Below are positions 39,058 through 51,360 of a stretch of DNA of 64,000 bases, in pieces. Position 1 is the first letter of the stretch; each line of letters begins with the position of its first letter. The translations under genes and the position numbers were made by a program. Under the pieces are notes generated by a model, which searched no databases, was not told the origin of the DNA, and saw only the letters and a program-made list of their open reading frames with translations. Origin of the DNA: Mizuhopecten yessoensis (Eukaryota); the NCBI RefSeq assembly GCF_002113885.1, contig NW_018408148.1:540951-604950 (forward strand), written 5' to 3'.

Positions 39058-39292
39058 TTCGACTCCGCTTTCTTAGCCCAGATTATCTGTCATACCGGAA
39101 GTTTACAACCCGGTGCTGTCGCTTAAGCACTTACATTATGAACTGATAAACTTATCTAATGCAAGAAACAGTGTTCTAATGAAGACTATCTAAATATCTT
39201 TAGTTTAGTTTTTTATAGTTATTAAGTTATAATAGATATAACTACATAAAATGCTTTTTATTTATAACGTTGTCAGCGGCATCTCTATCATC
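39058..39292. promoter_or_regulatory. Bidirectional promoter region UBE2F/VPS25
   Basis: The UBE2F exon-1 donor (GAA|GTAAGT on -, 39058) lies about 235 nt from the VPS25 ATG. ETS/GABP-type CCGGAAGT at 39095-39102. Confidence 0.65.
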
Positions 39293-42200
39293 ATGGCGGA
39301 CATAGAATGGCCATGGCAATACCAGTTTCCTCCTTTCTTCACGTAAGTTGATTAAGTCTTAATTCTTTAGAGTTATTTAACTACACTGCTTACTGCTAAA
39401 CATTCAGTATCACAAATGTGCCACCACGATGTTTAAATGTACGATGAGTCTGTTGTCAGACGATCCCGCGATCGACGCTCTGACATTTGTCAACTTTCAC
39501 TTTGTCCAGGGTCGCTTTCGTATGTCCGGAAACTGTTCGAGTGGCACAGGAAAAGTCCATGATCATTTAAATCACTTGGACCAGATGTCGGCCTGTTTAA
39601 TAGACACATCTAAAATGCAGAATTTCTGTTTTTATGATTTTTTGCTAAATATAAACGATAGTCCAAAAGATATATCTAGGGTTTTCTCCTGTGTACTTAA
39701 TTTTATAACATTACATAAATATCAATGAGCGACCATGATTTATGTAAAAAATATCGCAGTCTAGCGACAGTCAGTCTGTGTATGAACAGGCACGACTGCT
39801 TGTATCTATTTTCCGAGAGGGAGATAACCATGCAGAACATCCTCCATAGTGTCTCTTGGAAAAAAATGCTCTTGGGGTTTGATGTGCACTTCTAAATGTT
39901 TTCTTGTGTTGGTTGCAACCAACTTTCCGTGCATGGATAGAAAGATGAGCCTTTTAATATCTGTCTATGTATCAATAAAAAATGTTGACCTTTAAGTTCG
40001 TTTATAAAATTACCCTCACCAACTTTGAAGGTCACATATATATATGTAAATCTAGACACAAATTTCTAAAAATAGATCCATTAAGTGAACTAGGCCAAAG
40101 TGCCAGCTTTCATGCAATCATGTTTTTAAAGAAATTTTGTTTTGGTCCAGTTTGAAAGTAAGAGATGTGAACTGGCATGCCAACAGTATAAAGTATGTGT
40201 ATCAGGTAAGCAATTCAGGCCAAATGGGCCTTTTGATGTTGTAAGTAACAACTTTTCTTTGCTAACTTTTACCACAGAATTCAGCCCAACATTGAAACTC
40301 GGAAGAAACAAATTGAAGCTTGGTGTTCCCTTGTCTTGTCCTACACCCGCCAGCAGAAAACCTACAGCATTGACGTGAGAGAGTCACAGAACTCGCCACT
40401 GTTTAACAACAAAGCCATCAACCGTATCCTTAGTCACATTTAACTTGAATAATAATACACTCTAGGGTTGTAAAAATCCACTTGCCCCGGACGCCCGGGA
40501 AAACCAGTTTTAGCGCTCAGGCAAGTGCAAAAACCTTGCCCACTTGCCCTGGGCAAGTGCGTTAGAATAGTTAATAAAACATGTTTTTGCATGTGTTTCT
40601 CTGTTCCCGAAATAAATAATAAACCTAACTGGTGTTTTTTTAGTGAAAACATTCAAACAATTACGAAGCAAACACAGATACACGAAAAAAAACCTTTACT
40701 CTTCATTTTGAGGAAAAAAATGCCGGTAGAATACTAGCGGTCTATCCATCAATTCAGACAATTTTAAGACTTTAAAGCCAATGAAAATAGCTGAAACTCC
40801 AACTAAAACATAAAATATGAATAGATTAAGAATTTGTCTAAAAAAACGTCTCCGTTAGAATTGCAGGAAGTTGCCTTGGCGTGACTAATAACTGGACAAA
40901 TCCGGACCCGTATTTCAGGAATTAAAGAATATTCAAAAGTAAATAATTTTAAATAAAAAGAATATGAAAGATAAATACATGTACATCCACTAAAATGGTA
41001 ACAATGCTATTGTTTTGTCAGATCATAAAAAACTCACTTAAAAGTATAGATCTATTTAAGTTCAATAATAATGTTGGAGCAAAAACGCTTCACACAGAGG
41101 TTTAATGCAATCACCCCTGAAATTTCATAATTGACCATTACAACTTTTGAACTGGAAGAGTTAAAATGTGTCTTCAGGGGTGAATGAGTTAAAGAATGAA
41201 TCTTTTAAACATTGCTATCATTTTTGTCAGAGGGTGAATATATTTGACCTACACTTTTTGAGTGTAGTCCAGCAATTCTTTACTTTTGTCTGATGACTAC
41301 CAGTAAAACTTTATATAAATGATACAAGGGTTGACATAGAAGATACTTTTGTCTGATGACTACCTGTAAAACTTTATATAAATGTTACAAGGGTTGACAT
41401 GTAGAAGATACTTTTGTCTGATGACTACCTGTAAAACTTTATATAAATGATACAAGGGTCGACATAGAAGATACTTTTGTCTGATGACTACCTGTAAAAC
41501 TTTATATAAATGATACAAGGGTTGACATAGAAGATACTTTTGTCTGATGACTACCTGTAAAACTTTATATAAATGATACAGATTGTAAATGTGATATCTT
41601 TATACAGGTAGTGATGCCAGATAAAAGCTGTTGGATTAAATTGCTTCGATTGGGTTGACATAGAAGATACTTTTGGATCTTCTTCAATATTGCTATACTT
41701 TTATCCGATTTGCAAAAAAAAGTTGACCTAGAAAATAATCTATGAGTGTTGTTAATACATGTCTTTATTGGTAGTGATAGGTTTAAACTAAGAATACCAT
41801 CGTTTGAATAGTATTGACATTTGTTCTTTTGGAGTTTATCAGATTATTTAAACCTTAACTGCTGACAGGCAAGCTGTCTATGGATTGTATCCTGACTGTG
41901 CTGGAAGAACTTAGAAAAACAGGTATGGTAATAAACACGTCAATCTTGTCACCGACTGTGTAATAACATTAACTGCATCATAGGCTGTTAAATTGTGTTA
42001 CCGTCACAGTGTATGTGTTGGTGGAAATATGACCAACAAAGGTATCAAGGTTTCAGTGATATAAATAACTATGAGGCATTATGATATTAACTCATTCACC
42101 CCTGAAGACACATTTGAACTCTACCAATTCAAAGGTTGGAATAGTTCATTAAGAAATTTCAGGGCTGAATGAGTTAATTAGGTGTCAGGTTTATAAAACT

Positions 42201-45200
42201 GTATATCAACCTCATAAATTGGTCCATATTTACCAAATATTAGATAAATGACTCTAAGACCATATCTCAAAAATATGGATTTTTTTTAGAAACTTCTGTT
42301 TTTCCTAACCACTTGGATGTCTGAATCTAAGTTATCAAACTAAGGGGAGATAAGCTGGTAGTAAAATGCAGCTGGGAAATTCTTCAGAAAAATTCAGGGG
42401 CTGGTAGCCAGTTTAGCAAAGACTGTTCTTGTATTTAGGTTGATTTAAGGATTCTCTATAACTCCATCTCTTGTTTTTCAGGACACTTGGAATGGACCGA
42501 TAACAAGACAAAGAAACAATGTCTTGTAATGTGGAGAACACCAGAGGAATGGGGAAAGCTTATATACAGCTGGGTAATTATATAAGTAGACATGGGGCAA
42601 GAACACTGGAAGGTGGACCCAATAGCCAATAGGGCATACTTTCATCTAAGTCAAATGAAACTAAAATTTATTTCACATTATATTTTGACAACTTTCTGTT
42701 GGAAATTATTTTTACTTAGTGAAAATTATCCTTGGAGGAAGATGGTTTCAAATTGTAAAGTTGATATTCCTACCCCAACCACTGGGGCCAGGGTGGGGCC
42801 CCAAAGGGAAAATTAACCAATATTTCAAAAATCTTCTGCTCCTGACTCAGAGGTACTACAGTCATTTTCTCTACATGGAAAGAAAGATCATCAGGGGCTT
42901 TACTTAAATTGTAAATTTCAGGACCCCCGAGCTATCCGTTCTCCCTTGGGGAGGGGGTAAAGTTTACTATAGTTTATATAGGGAAATAACACTTTTGGGT
43001 ATGTTTTATCCATTTTCAGCAGAGAATTACTCAAACTTAGTCAGAATCATCTTTGGTGAATGAGAGTATTACTTTGTAAATTGGGATTCCTGCCCAATCC
43101 CAAGGGGCTAGGGCAGGGCCCCAAAGGGAACATTTACCAATATTTTCAAATTCTTATCTTTTGATGACATGACAAGTATTGTATTTCACTTAGTTTACAT
43201 GCTGATATCCACATCACATCTAAACAATAAAATAAAGCTACCAGTACCTATAATATAACTCAGGTGACCGCTAAGGCCCTTGGGCCTCTAGCTTGTTTTC
43301 AATGATCTTTGGAAGTATTTGAGATCATCAACATGTTTTTTTTACCAGCAACTTGAGAATCAAATACACATAGAAAGCTGTCTTTATTGTAAACTAACAT
43401 GAAGAGGGAATTGGATGTAATAGAATACTGTAGTTAAAGAGTGAGTCAGATGTGACAGGTGTTCTTTTTACTCAGGTGTTGGTAAAGTTAACCAAGTGAT
43501 GGTACTTATTGACAGGTGGTCTGTATAGGCAGGTTGTCTTTAAAAGCAGGATGTCATTGTAGTCATGTGTATGAAATATATTGAAAAGAATGCTTTTAAA
43601 GAGAGGTGGTCTATATAAACAGGTTGTTGTCAAAGGTCACCTTGAGACATATTTCAACATTAGGTATCACATGTCATCTTTCATTTAGGGAATTCAAATC
43701 CTTGTTAATAAATCAGTTTAATTCAATTAAATTAAAATAATATTCACGATATATTATTTACAGTTCTATACAAAAATCGAAAAAATAGATTTAAGAAACA
43801 TACTTTCAAACACTTTTACACATTAGGAAATCGTCCTGGGTGAATCGATAATTTCTGATTCAATAGATTGCTGTGTTAAACATATAACCCACTTGCAGTA
43901 ACTTTTATCAAAATACCCATGCTTCCTCCCCTCTACCAAGAAGGAACTGTTTTCATATATGTAAAGTTAACTTATTTTCGTACATTTGTAGATCTGTAGT
44001 CGCAGTATGAACAACACGGTGTGTACACTTTTTGAACTGACTGAAGGAGAGGAATCTGAAGGAACTGGTCAGTTTGATAAATTGTATATTTTTAAGAGAG
44101 CCTCAGCGTTTTAAGTATTTTCAATTAGATTTCTCTATTAATCTACCATTGTATACATATGATTTTTTTTTCCTCTCCTGTCAAAATCAAATATTCTACT
44201 TTCTCAGAAAAATCACTAATTGTAATGATTGTATAAATAAGAGTGGCTTATTCTAGCTAGGTAGGGTGCTTTATCAAATGTTGTATATTATTATTATCTT
44301 TACCATATTGTTATTTTCTTAAACCTCTGTGTGATTTTTTCAAAATAATGAATTAAGGAAATCAATTCTACCGATCCTGAAACGGTAGCATCATTGCTCT
44401 CAGAAAAAAAAGCGAAAACAATTCTTCGAAAATTAAACAATTTTTCTTCATGCTGTTTTTCACACGACTTTTTGTAAATACCATATTTGAACCATATCAC
44501 TATTATAGTTTAATTGGTGCTCAGACCAACTTTGTCTCTTGATATATTTTCCCTCAACTAATTCACCCCTGGAATTTTATAATGAATCATTCATTTGGAT
44601 GAGTTCAAATGTGTCTTCAGGGGTGAATGAGTTAGTATAAAACAATTCGGAAAATATCAATTTATGATTTTGTCAAATACATTTACAAAAAATGATAAAT
44701 TAGTCTGTAAAAAGGTCAAAGGGTAAAGGTCAGATGTAAAGGTTATGTGATTTCTTTGGTTAATTTGATTCTGTTTAATCCTGAATGTCTCTCAAAGTGA
44801 TCAACAGAATTTCATCACACAATTCTTCATCAAAACATAGAAGAGAAGTGTGAAAGCTTCAGAGGCTGAAGATCGAAGGTGAAAGATCAAGGTCATTTTG
44901 TCTAAATCATTGTTAAGCAAATTTTACCAACATTTGATGATTTAAAAAAAAAAAAATCTGAAATCATTCACCAACCCTGTCAATGCCATAAGGAATGGAG
45001 TGTGAATGTGATAAGTCTGAAGGTCAAAAATCAAGGTCACAAGATATTTCTTTCTATATATAATGTACCATGAAGACCAGTGTGGCTTTAGTTCTATAAT
45101 CTGCAGCAAGATGTTAAGTGTTTTTGGTCTCGTTTCAGAGTTCCATGGACTGGAGAATTGGTTACTTCTACGCGCCCTCAAATCACTGGAAAGTCAAGAA

Positions 45201-45251
45201 CTTGCTGAACTGATGTCGTTTGATGGCAGCGACGGTGTCAAGTTTTTCTGA
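39293..45251 (+). CDS. VPS25: ESCRT-II subunit VPS25, 176 aa; join(39293..39342,40278..40423,41869..41922,42482..42573,43992..44067,45139..45251)
   Basis: Phase-consistent exons (531 nt). WPWQYQFPPFFTIQPN, PLFNNKAINRKL, MWRTPEEWGKLIYSW, TVCTLFELTEG, EFHGL and the C-terminal GVKFF are VPS25 motifs. Confidence 0.96.
40424..41868 (+). other. U12-type (minor spliceosome) GT-AG intron, VPS25 intron 2
   Basis: Donor GTATCCTT at 40424. Branch point CCTTAAC at 41853-41859, close to the AG, with no polypyrimidine tract. Confidence 0.85.
41281..41580. repeat. 63-bp minisatellite, about 5 copies
   Basis: Unit TACTTTTGTCTGATGACTACCTGTAAAACTTTATATAAATGATACAAGGGTTGACATAGAAGA. Confidence 0.95.
42680..43290 (+). 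mobile_element. HINE/Helentron-like element, same family as 4780-6112
   Basis: Reverse-complement match to 4780-5270 and 5640-5790, ending CAGGTGACCGCTAAGGCCCTTGGGCCTCT. Confidence 0.75.
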
Positions 45252-45256
45252 GATCA

Positions 45257-45389
45257 GACATGTCATAGACTTTCGGCCCGAGCAGGGATCACAAATCGGA
45301 CATGCTGTAGACATTCGGCCTGAGCAGGGATCACAAATTCGACATGTCATAGACTTTCGGCCCAAGCAGGGATCACAAATCGGACATGT
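45257..45389 (+). repeat. 42-bp tandem repeat x3 directly after the VPS25 stop codon
   Basis: Unit GACATGTCATAGACTTTCGGCCCGAGCAGGGATCACAAATCG at 45257, 45299 and 45341. Confidence 0.95.
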
Positions 45390-46016
45390 GAAAAACATTT
45401 TTCAGCAGAATGTGATCAATCTGGAACATGTGAAATTGTTTTATTTTCAGAAAATATTATTTGTAAATCGAAAGGAAGTTTTATTACCGGGCCGTAATGG
45501 AGAGGATATGAAGATTCTACCTGCAGAGTTTTTGTACTCCCTTTGTTGGGTGTTTTATTGAAATATAAAAGCAAGACTCTCTCATTGTGATAATGAAGTT
45601 GCAATGGGAATGAAACAGTGATCCGGAAACAAGAGTTCTGACGTCCTAGTTTACAACTGACGTCCAAAGGTTTATAAACTGTTATGTAGAGCAGATGTGA
45701 ATATTAGTCTACACAAATTAAGAAATCAGTAACATGTAAGAAAGTTAAACACATTGTACAATCTCATAGAATTTGTATTTGTGTTTATAATACACATATC
45801 TACAGTATTGTGTTCATGATGATCTGCAATGAATACACCCGTCATAATTTGTGTATGATGTCATGCGCTAACACTTACTGTGACGTCATAACCAAGACAA
45901 TAAATATGACGTAATGACATTGTGACATTGCATTAAAGACAATATAAATGAATTCAAAATAACAACATTGATACAAGTATATTAGGATAAGAGAAAAAGT
46001 GCTTTTTACAAACATT

Positions 46017-46499
46017 AACATTCAAACCTGTATCAAGAGACCACTGATAGGAAGTCCATAAAGTGGTATCTTAATGCAAGTTACAGTCATAATGAAATCA
46101 CTAAAGAGGAACCTGAAAAGTGGCCACCAAATACAGGTGGTCTCTTCATACAGGTGGTCTCTTCATACAGGTGGCCTCTTAATGCAGGTGCCTCTTAATG
46201 CAGGTGGTCTCTTCATACAGGTGGCTTCTTCATGCAGGTGGCCTCTTCATACAGGTGGCCTCTTAATGCAGGTGGCCTCTTAATGCAGGTGGTCTCTTCA
46301 TGCAGGTGGCCTCTTAATGCAGGTGGCCTCTTAATGCAGGTGGTCTCTTCATGCAGGTGGCCTCTTAATGCAGGTGGTCTCTTAATACAGGTGGTCTTTT
46401 CATATAGGTTCAATTCACAATAAAATCAATTAAACATTAAAAGTGGCTTCCTAACACAGGTACCTAATGGAGATGGTCACATGAAAAGATTTGACTGTA
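46017..46499. mobile_element. Tc1/mariner-type MITE with an expanded internal 15-bp repeat (CAGGTGGYCTCTTMATR-like)
   Basis: Termini ACATTCAAACCTGT / TTTGACTGTA, tandem array at 46130-46405. Confidence 0.65.
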
Positions 46500-47400
46500 C
46501 ATATATTCTTGGTCATATGAAGAAAATGATGAATATGAAGGTGTTTTTTTTAGATTGTAAAAAAAAATGTCGAAACTCATTCCATAAATTCTGTTGAAGC
46601 TCCGATATTCATAATCTTCTGCAGATAGAAATTTCCTATTGGTACTGTTTACATGTGTGTATCGTGTATGGATACCATTTATCCTACTTTTTCTGTTCTG
46701 AACCTATTCAGTATACCTATATGCACACTTTTATCTCATCAAGGGAGTAAAACTTGTCTAGTCTGACCTCTGAGTATTCTGACATCCTGTATCATCCAAT
46801 GTAATACTGTTATCCCATTTATAACAAATATCTCCATATAAAACCTGTGTATTTCAATCACTCAAATAAACATTGACGTCTTGTTTGACATGTAAAACAG
46901 AAAGTTACATTATCTCCTACTCCCAGTGACAATGTGTGGGTACATGTATATCATCAGTAGGTGACCTCTTAACAGAAGCAACATCAAAGATTGTGTCTTC
47001 TGGTCTAGCTGTTTATTCAAGATTTCTGTGGGGAAAATGACGTGCTCTTAATGTTAAAACCTCAGTGAAATCATTTTAAATAATTTATTTTAAATTGAAA
47101 GGCATTTTTTTCACGAGTATTGCTTTATACTGAGTAACTGTGCAAAAGTTTTAAAACTGTAATTATGTGTGAAACGATGTTCTGTGTCTAAATTATTACG
47201 GAAGTGTATGGCCTAGAATTGTACATAAAATAAGATACATTTTGTGTATTGTGTTTCGTAATACGATACATTTTGTGTATTGTGAAATGTTCTATAAATC
47301 ATGCTTATATATATATATGTTGTGTATGTACTAAAAATTGTACATATATCTGTATAATAATCTTTAAAGTGTCTATAGCTAGGAATAGTACAGAAACTTT

Positions 47401-47718
47401 CACAGTGAAACCTGACTTTACTGACACCTGACTTTAAGGACAGCCTGCAGTAATATACAGTAAAACTTGACTTTGCTGGCACCTGACTATAAGGACATTC
47501 TGTAATATACAGTAAAACTTGACCTTGCTGGCACCTGACTTTAAGGACAGCCTGTAATATACAGTAAAACCTGACTTTACTGACACCTGACTGTAAGGAA
47601 ATTCTGTAATATACAGTAAAACTTGACCTTGCTGGCACCTGACTTAAGGACATCCTGTAATATACAGTAAAACCTGACTTTACTGGCACCTGACTTTAAG
47701 GACATCTTGTAATATACA
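47401..47718. repeat. About 52-bp minisatellite, about 6 copies
   Basis: Unit TACAGTAAAACCTGACTTTACTGGCACCTGACTTTAAGGACATCCTGTAATA. Confidence 0.9.
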
Positions 47719-49451
47719 TTACGACCAGACTTTACTTGCATGTGACTTTACTGACACCTGACTTAGACATGTTTAACATCTAATGTGATTTTATGGCCTT
47801 AAATAATTGGTTCTCGGTCTATAATGCAGATTTTACAGAAAGGTTTTTAAACCAAATGATTAAAACTTGTTGCTGGTAAAGACAGGTTTCATTGTGTAAG
47901 TTTGGAATGTTTTCAGATAGTGCAGATATCATTTTGCCATTTTGTAGTAATGGTTACATGTACAATGTCATCTGTGTTACTATGGTTACAATGTCATCTG
48001 TGTTACTATGGTTACAATGTCATCTGTGTTACTATGGTTACCATATCATCTGTGTTACTATGGTAACAATAACATCTGTGTAACTATGGTTACCGTGTCA
48101 TGGTTTATCACAGCTGTACCATTTGACCTTGATAATGGTTACCATGACAGCATTTGTTACATGGTGTTACCATGGTTACAATATCATAGGTGCCATAATG
48201 CTGATCATGTCTTTAGTTGTTATAAAAAAAAATCAGATTCTGGTACCAATACCTAAAATGAATTCAATAAATTAAAGAAATATTAAAGACCTTAACTGTT
48301 GTACTTTGTTCATGCAAAACCATAGAAAATACAAATGTATTATTATAGGATGGAGACTTTAAATGTATCCATGTAAGGACCAATGGGAAAGTCTGTTAAG
48401 GTTGGGGCTGACCTTAAGACCAGTTCTGTTGGCATGATTGCGTTTTTCTGTTCATGTCCAACAATTTTATTTGGTGTTTATACTGTGGAGACCTTGACAG
48501 ATTCAATGTTATGACTCGTGGAATGAGTCTTCAAGGGTGGGGTGTGATCTTGAAGCCATCCTGGTAGCATATGTGTATTCATCTCTTTACATTCAGCAAT
48601 TTTATCATGAAAATTATATGGTTATAAGATGGGCATATCAACTGTTTCCAAGTTTTTAGTAAAAAATGAGTCCCTAGTGGTATGGTATTAGAATATTTAT
48701 ACTCTACAATGTCTGTAAGGTTATCAGATGGGGATCCCAACAGTCTATGACCCAGGGACCAAGTATACAAGGAAGGGAACAGACCCTAGCTACCATCTTA
48801 GTAGCATAAATGTATTTATCTCTTTATACTTAGCGATTGTATATATCATTATAGGGTGGGGATCCCGCCTATTCTGAAGTTATAAACAGTTGTAAACTCT
48901 TTGCCAAACCCATCAGTCATGGAGGGTCAGCGTTTGAATTGGTTAAAATTTGAATCCCACCACTTGTGGACGCATATGATACCAATCTCATTGTTCAAGT
49001 AAATAAATACGGCCAAACTATCCTTTCGGCCCTGTCCTCAGTCCCCTGGTCGCTTAGAGCAAATATAGCTTATAGCCAAATAACCTTTTTTTAGGCCAGG
49101 CCTCTCAGCACATCCGATCCGAAAATGTTTAGTTCCCGCCGCTTGAGAATGCTTTCAACCAAATATGGCCGATATCCATCTCATAGCTCTTGTAGAGAAG
49201 TCGTTCAGTATGAAAGAGCCCCACCATTTGTATAATTTTTAATCCTTACCACCTAGGGATGCTTACATTCCAATCAGCTGTTCAAAAGATGATGTTTGAA
49301 CAAATTGAGCTTACCTTGGTCCTTTGGATATGGGTTAAGAACAATAAAGTCTAGGTAATGTGTTGTGTTTATTGTCGATTCAGACTGATGGAGGATACTG
49401 TTGTACAGTTATTCAGTGTCGATTATAGTAGAGTTTGTTAATTGTATATTA

Positions 49452-49665
49452 TGTAACAGGAGAAGAAAAATGCTTAGCCAGATCGGAATTCGAACCCGGG
49501 AACCTCCGAACTCTAGACGGATGCTCTACCAATTTAGCATCCTGGTCGCCTGCGAATGCACAGTCCTTATCTGCTACATTCCTCCCACCTTTAACAAAGT
49601 CTTCAATCCCGAAGACACACAAGACACTATACTATACAACTTTTCGTTGGGCACCAAATGTAACA
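49452..49665 (-). mobile_element. tRNA-LTR TRIM copy: 3' LTR (49452-49578), internal domain with PPT and tRNA-Lys-like PBS, and the tip of the 5' LTR
   Basis: The minus strand reads TGTTACA-TT-TGGTGCCCAACG ... GGTGGGAGGAA-TGTAGC...TGTTACA. Confidence 0.75.
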
Positions 49666-49839
49666 GTCTTACATTCACAAACCAAACGTCAGTACTAACA
49701 ACGTTCTTCTTGGTACAGTTCACAAATCTATATATCCGGAATAACGAAAATGCACAAACCTAATCATTCGGATAAACAGCATGTCAAGATTAACGAGTTT
49801 CTACTGTAAACAAAAAGCAAAGTATCTGGAGTAAGTTAC

Positions 49840-50480
49840 ACTGTACACACAAACCTTCACTAACAAGGTTCCACTGTACACACAAACCTGCACTAACAAG
49901 GTTCCACTGTACACACAAACCTGCACTAACAAGGTTCCATTGTACACACAAACCTGAACTAACAAGGTTCCATTGTACACACAAACCTGAACTAACAAGG
50001 TTCCATTGTACACACAAACCTGAACTAACAAGGTTCCATTGTACACACAAACCTGAACTAACAAGGTTCCATTGTACACACAAACCTGAACTAACAAGGT
50101 TCCATTGTACACACAAACCTGAACTAACAAGGTTCCATTGTACACACAAACCTGAACTAACAAGGTTCCATTGTACACACAAACCTGAACTAACAAGGTT
50201 CCATTGTATATGCAAACATAAGTATTCAGAGTAACGATGTTCCACTGTACACACAAACATAGATACACACAAACCTAAAAAAATCCTATTTTACAAAGTT
50301 CAAATGCACAAACAAACCTTAGTATCAAGACTAACGTTCCACTGTACACACAAACCTAAATGTCCGGACTTACAATGTTCCACTGTACACATAATCCTTA
50401 TAGAATCCAGAAATACAAGGTTCCGTTGTATATACAAACCTAAATATCTTGACTAACAAGGTTAAAATGTACACACAAAC
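49840..50480. repeat. 33-bp minisatellite (near-perfect core 49860-50210) with degenerate continuation; related units at 51995-52290
   Basis: Unit TAACAAGGTTCCATTGTACACACAAACCTGAAC. Confidence 0.93.
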
Positions 50481-50544
50481 CTTAGATATAAACTTTATTT
50501 ATTTTACAACAGTTTTGAAACAAGTTAGTTCAACTTATATTAAT

Positions 50545-50705
50545 CACTCTTGTTGGCCCGGATGTTAGCACGTCAGGAAACTGGAGTACCCGGAGAAAAC
50601 CAACGTGATCAGGCATGTGTTCCCATAGTTTTACTCGTCCAATTGGGGAATCGAACCACGGTCGCCTTGGTGAAAGACAAGTGCGCTATGCACTGCGCCA
50701 CCCGA
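50545..50705 (-). mobile_element. tRNA-headed SINE fragment (related core)
   Basis: Minus strand has A box TGGCGCAGTGC, B box GGTTCGATTCC and core TTTTCTCCGGGTACTCCAGTTTCC. Confidence 0.6.
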
Positions 50706-51146
50706 CCACTCAACTGAACAAACCTTAGTATAAGGACTAACGGGGTTCTTATATGTCCTTTCCTTATTCGGTTCCTACAGTATCCATCCTGAATTTAATT
50801 GTAGATATCTTCAATTGAATCTTTCTTTAATCAAATGTACTTACATGTATATTCAATTTCAATCATTTAAAGATACACGTAATTAAGTGCAGTTATTTGA
50901 ATATATGTTACTTTTTGAGTTCCATATACTACATATGTAAGTGTACCGTGACGTTATATACATATCAAAGATCCATTAGTCCGTCCTTACTTTCAGAACG
51001 CTGCGGTATTGATTAATGTACGTTACATAAGTAGGAGGGTTTAGAAAAAATGGAAGTGGTAGAATGCAAGATTCTAGCGACAAACAGTATTCCTGTTGGG
51101 GAAATGTTGTAATATGATTCGTTATTATACTTCATAAAGCTTTTGG

Positions 51147-51360
51147 ATTGTTTGTGTTTAACGTACTATTAACAGCTATGGTCATTTAAGGACGTACCAG
51201 GTTTTGGTGGTGGAGAAAAGCAAGTTCCCGGAGAAAAACCACCGATCTACTGCCAGTACATGGCGACTGCCACACGTAGGTCTCGAACCCGCGACCCAGT
51301 GGTAGAGGGCTAGTGGTAGCAGAATGTCAGACGCCTGAACCTCTTGTCCTCCGCGGCCCC
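51147..51360 (-). mobile_element. SINE, same family as 3397-3628
   Basis: Reverse complement aligns end to end with 3397-3620. Confidence 0.8.

Noticed and set aside
47213-47689. 158-aa ORF
   Set aside because: It runs through a 52-bp minisatellite and has no protein-like character.
49790-50272. 160-aa and 155-aa repeat ORFs
   Set aside because: A 33-bp unit (multiple of 3) keeps frames open by chance. There are no splice or start signals, and the unit resembles a TIR tip.
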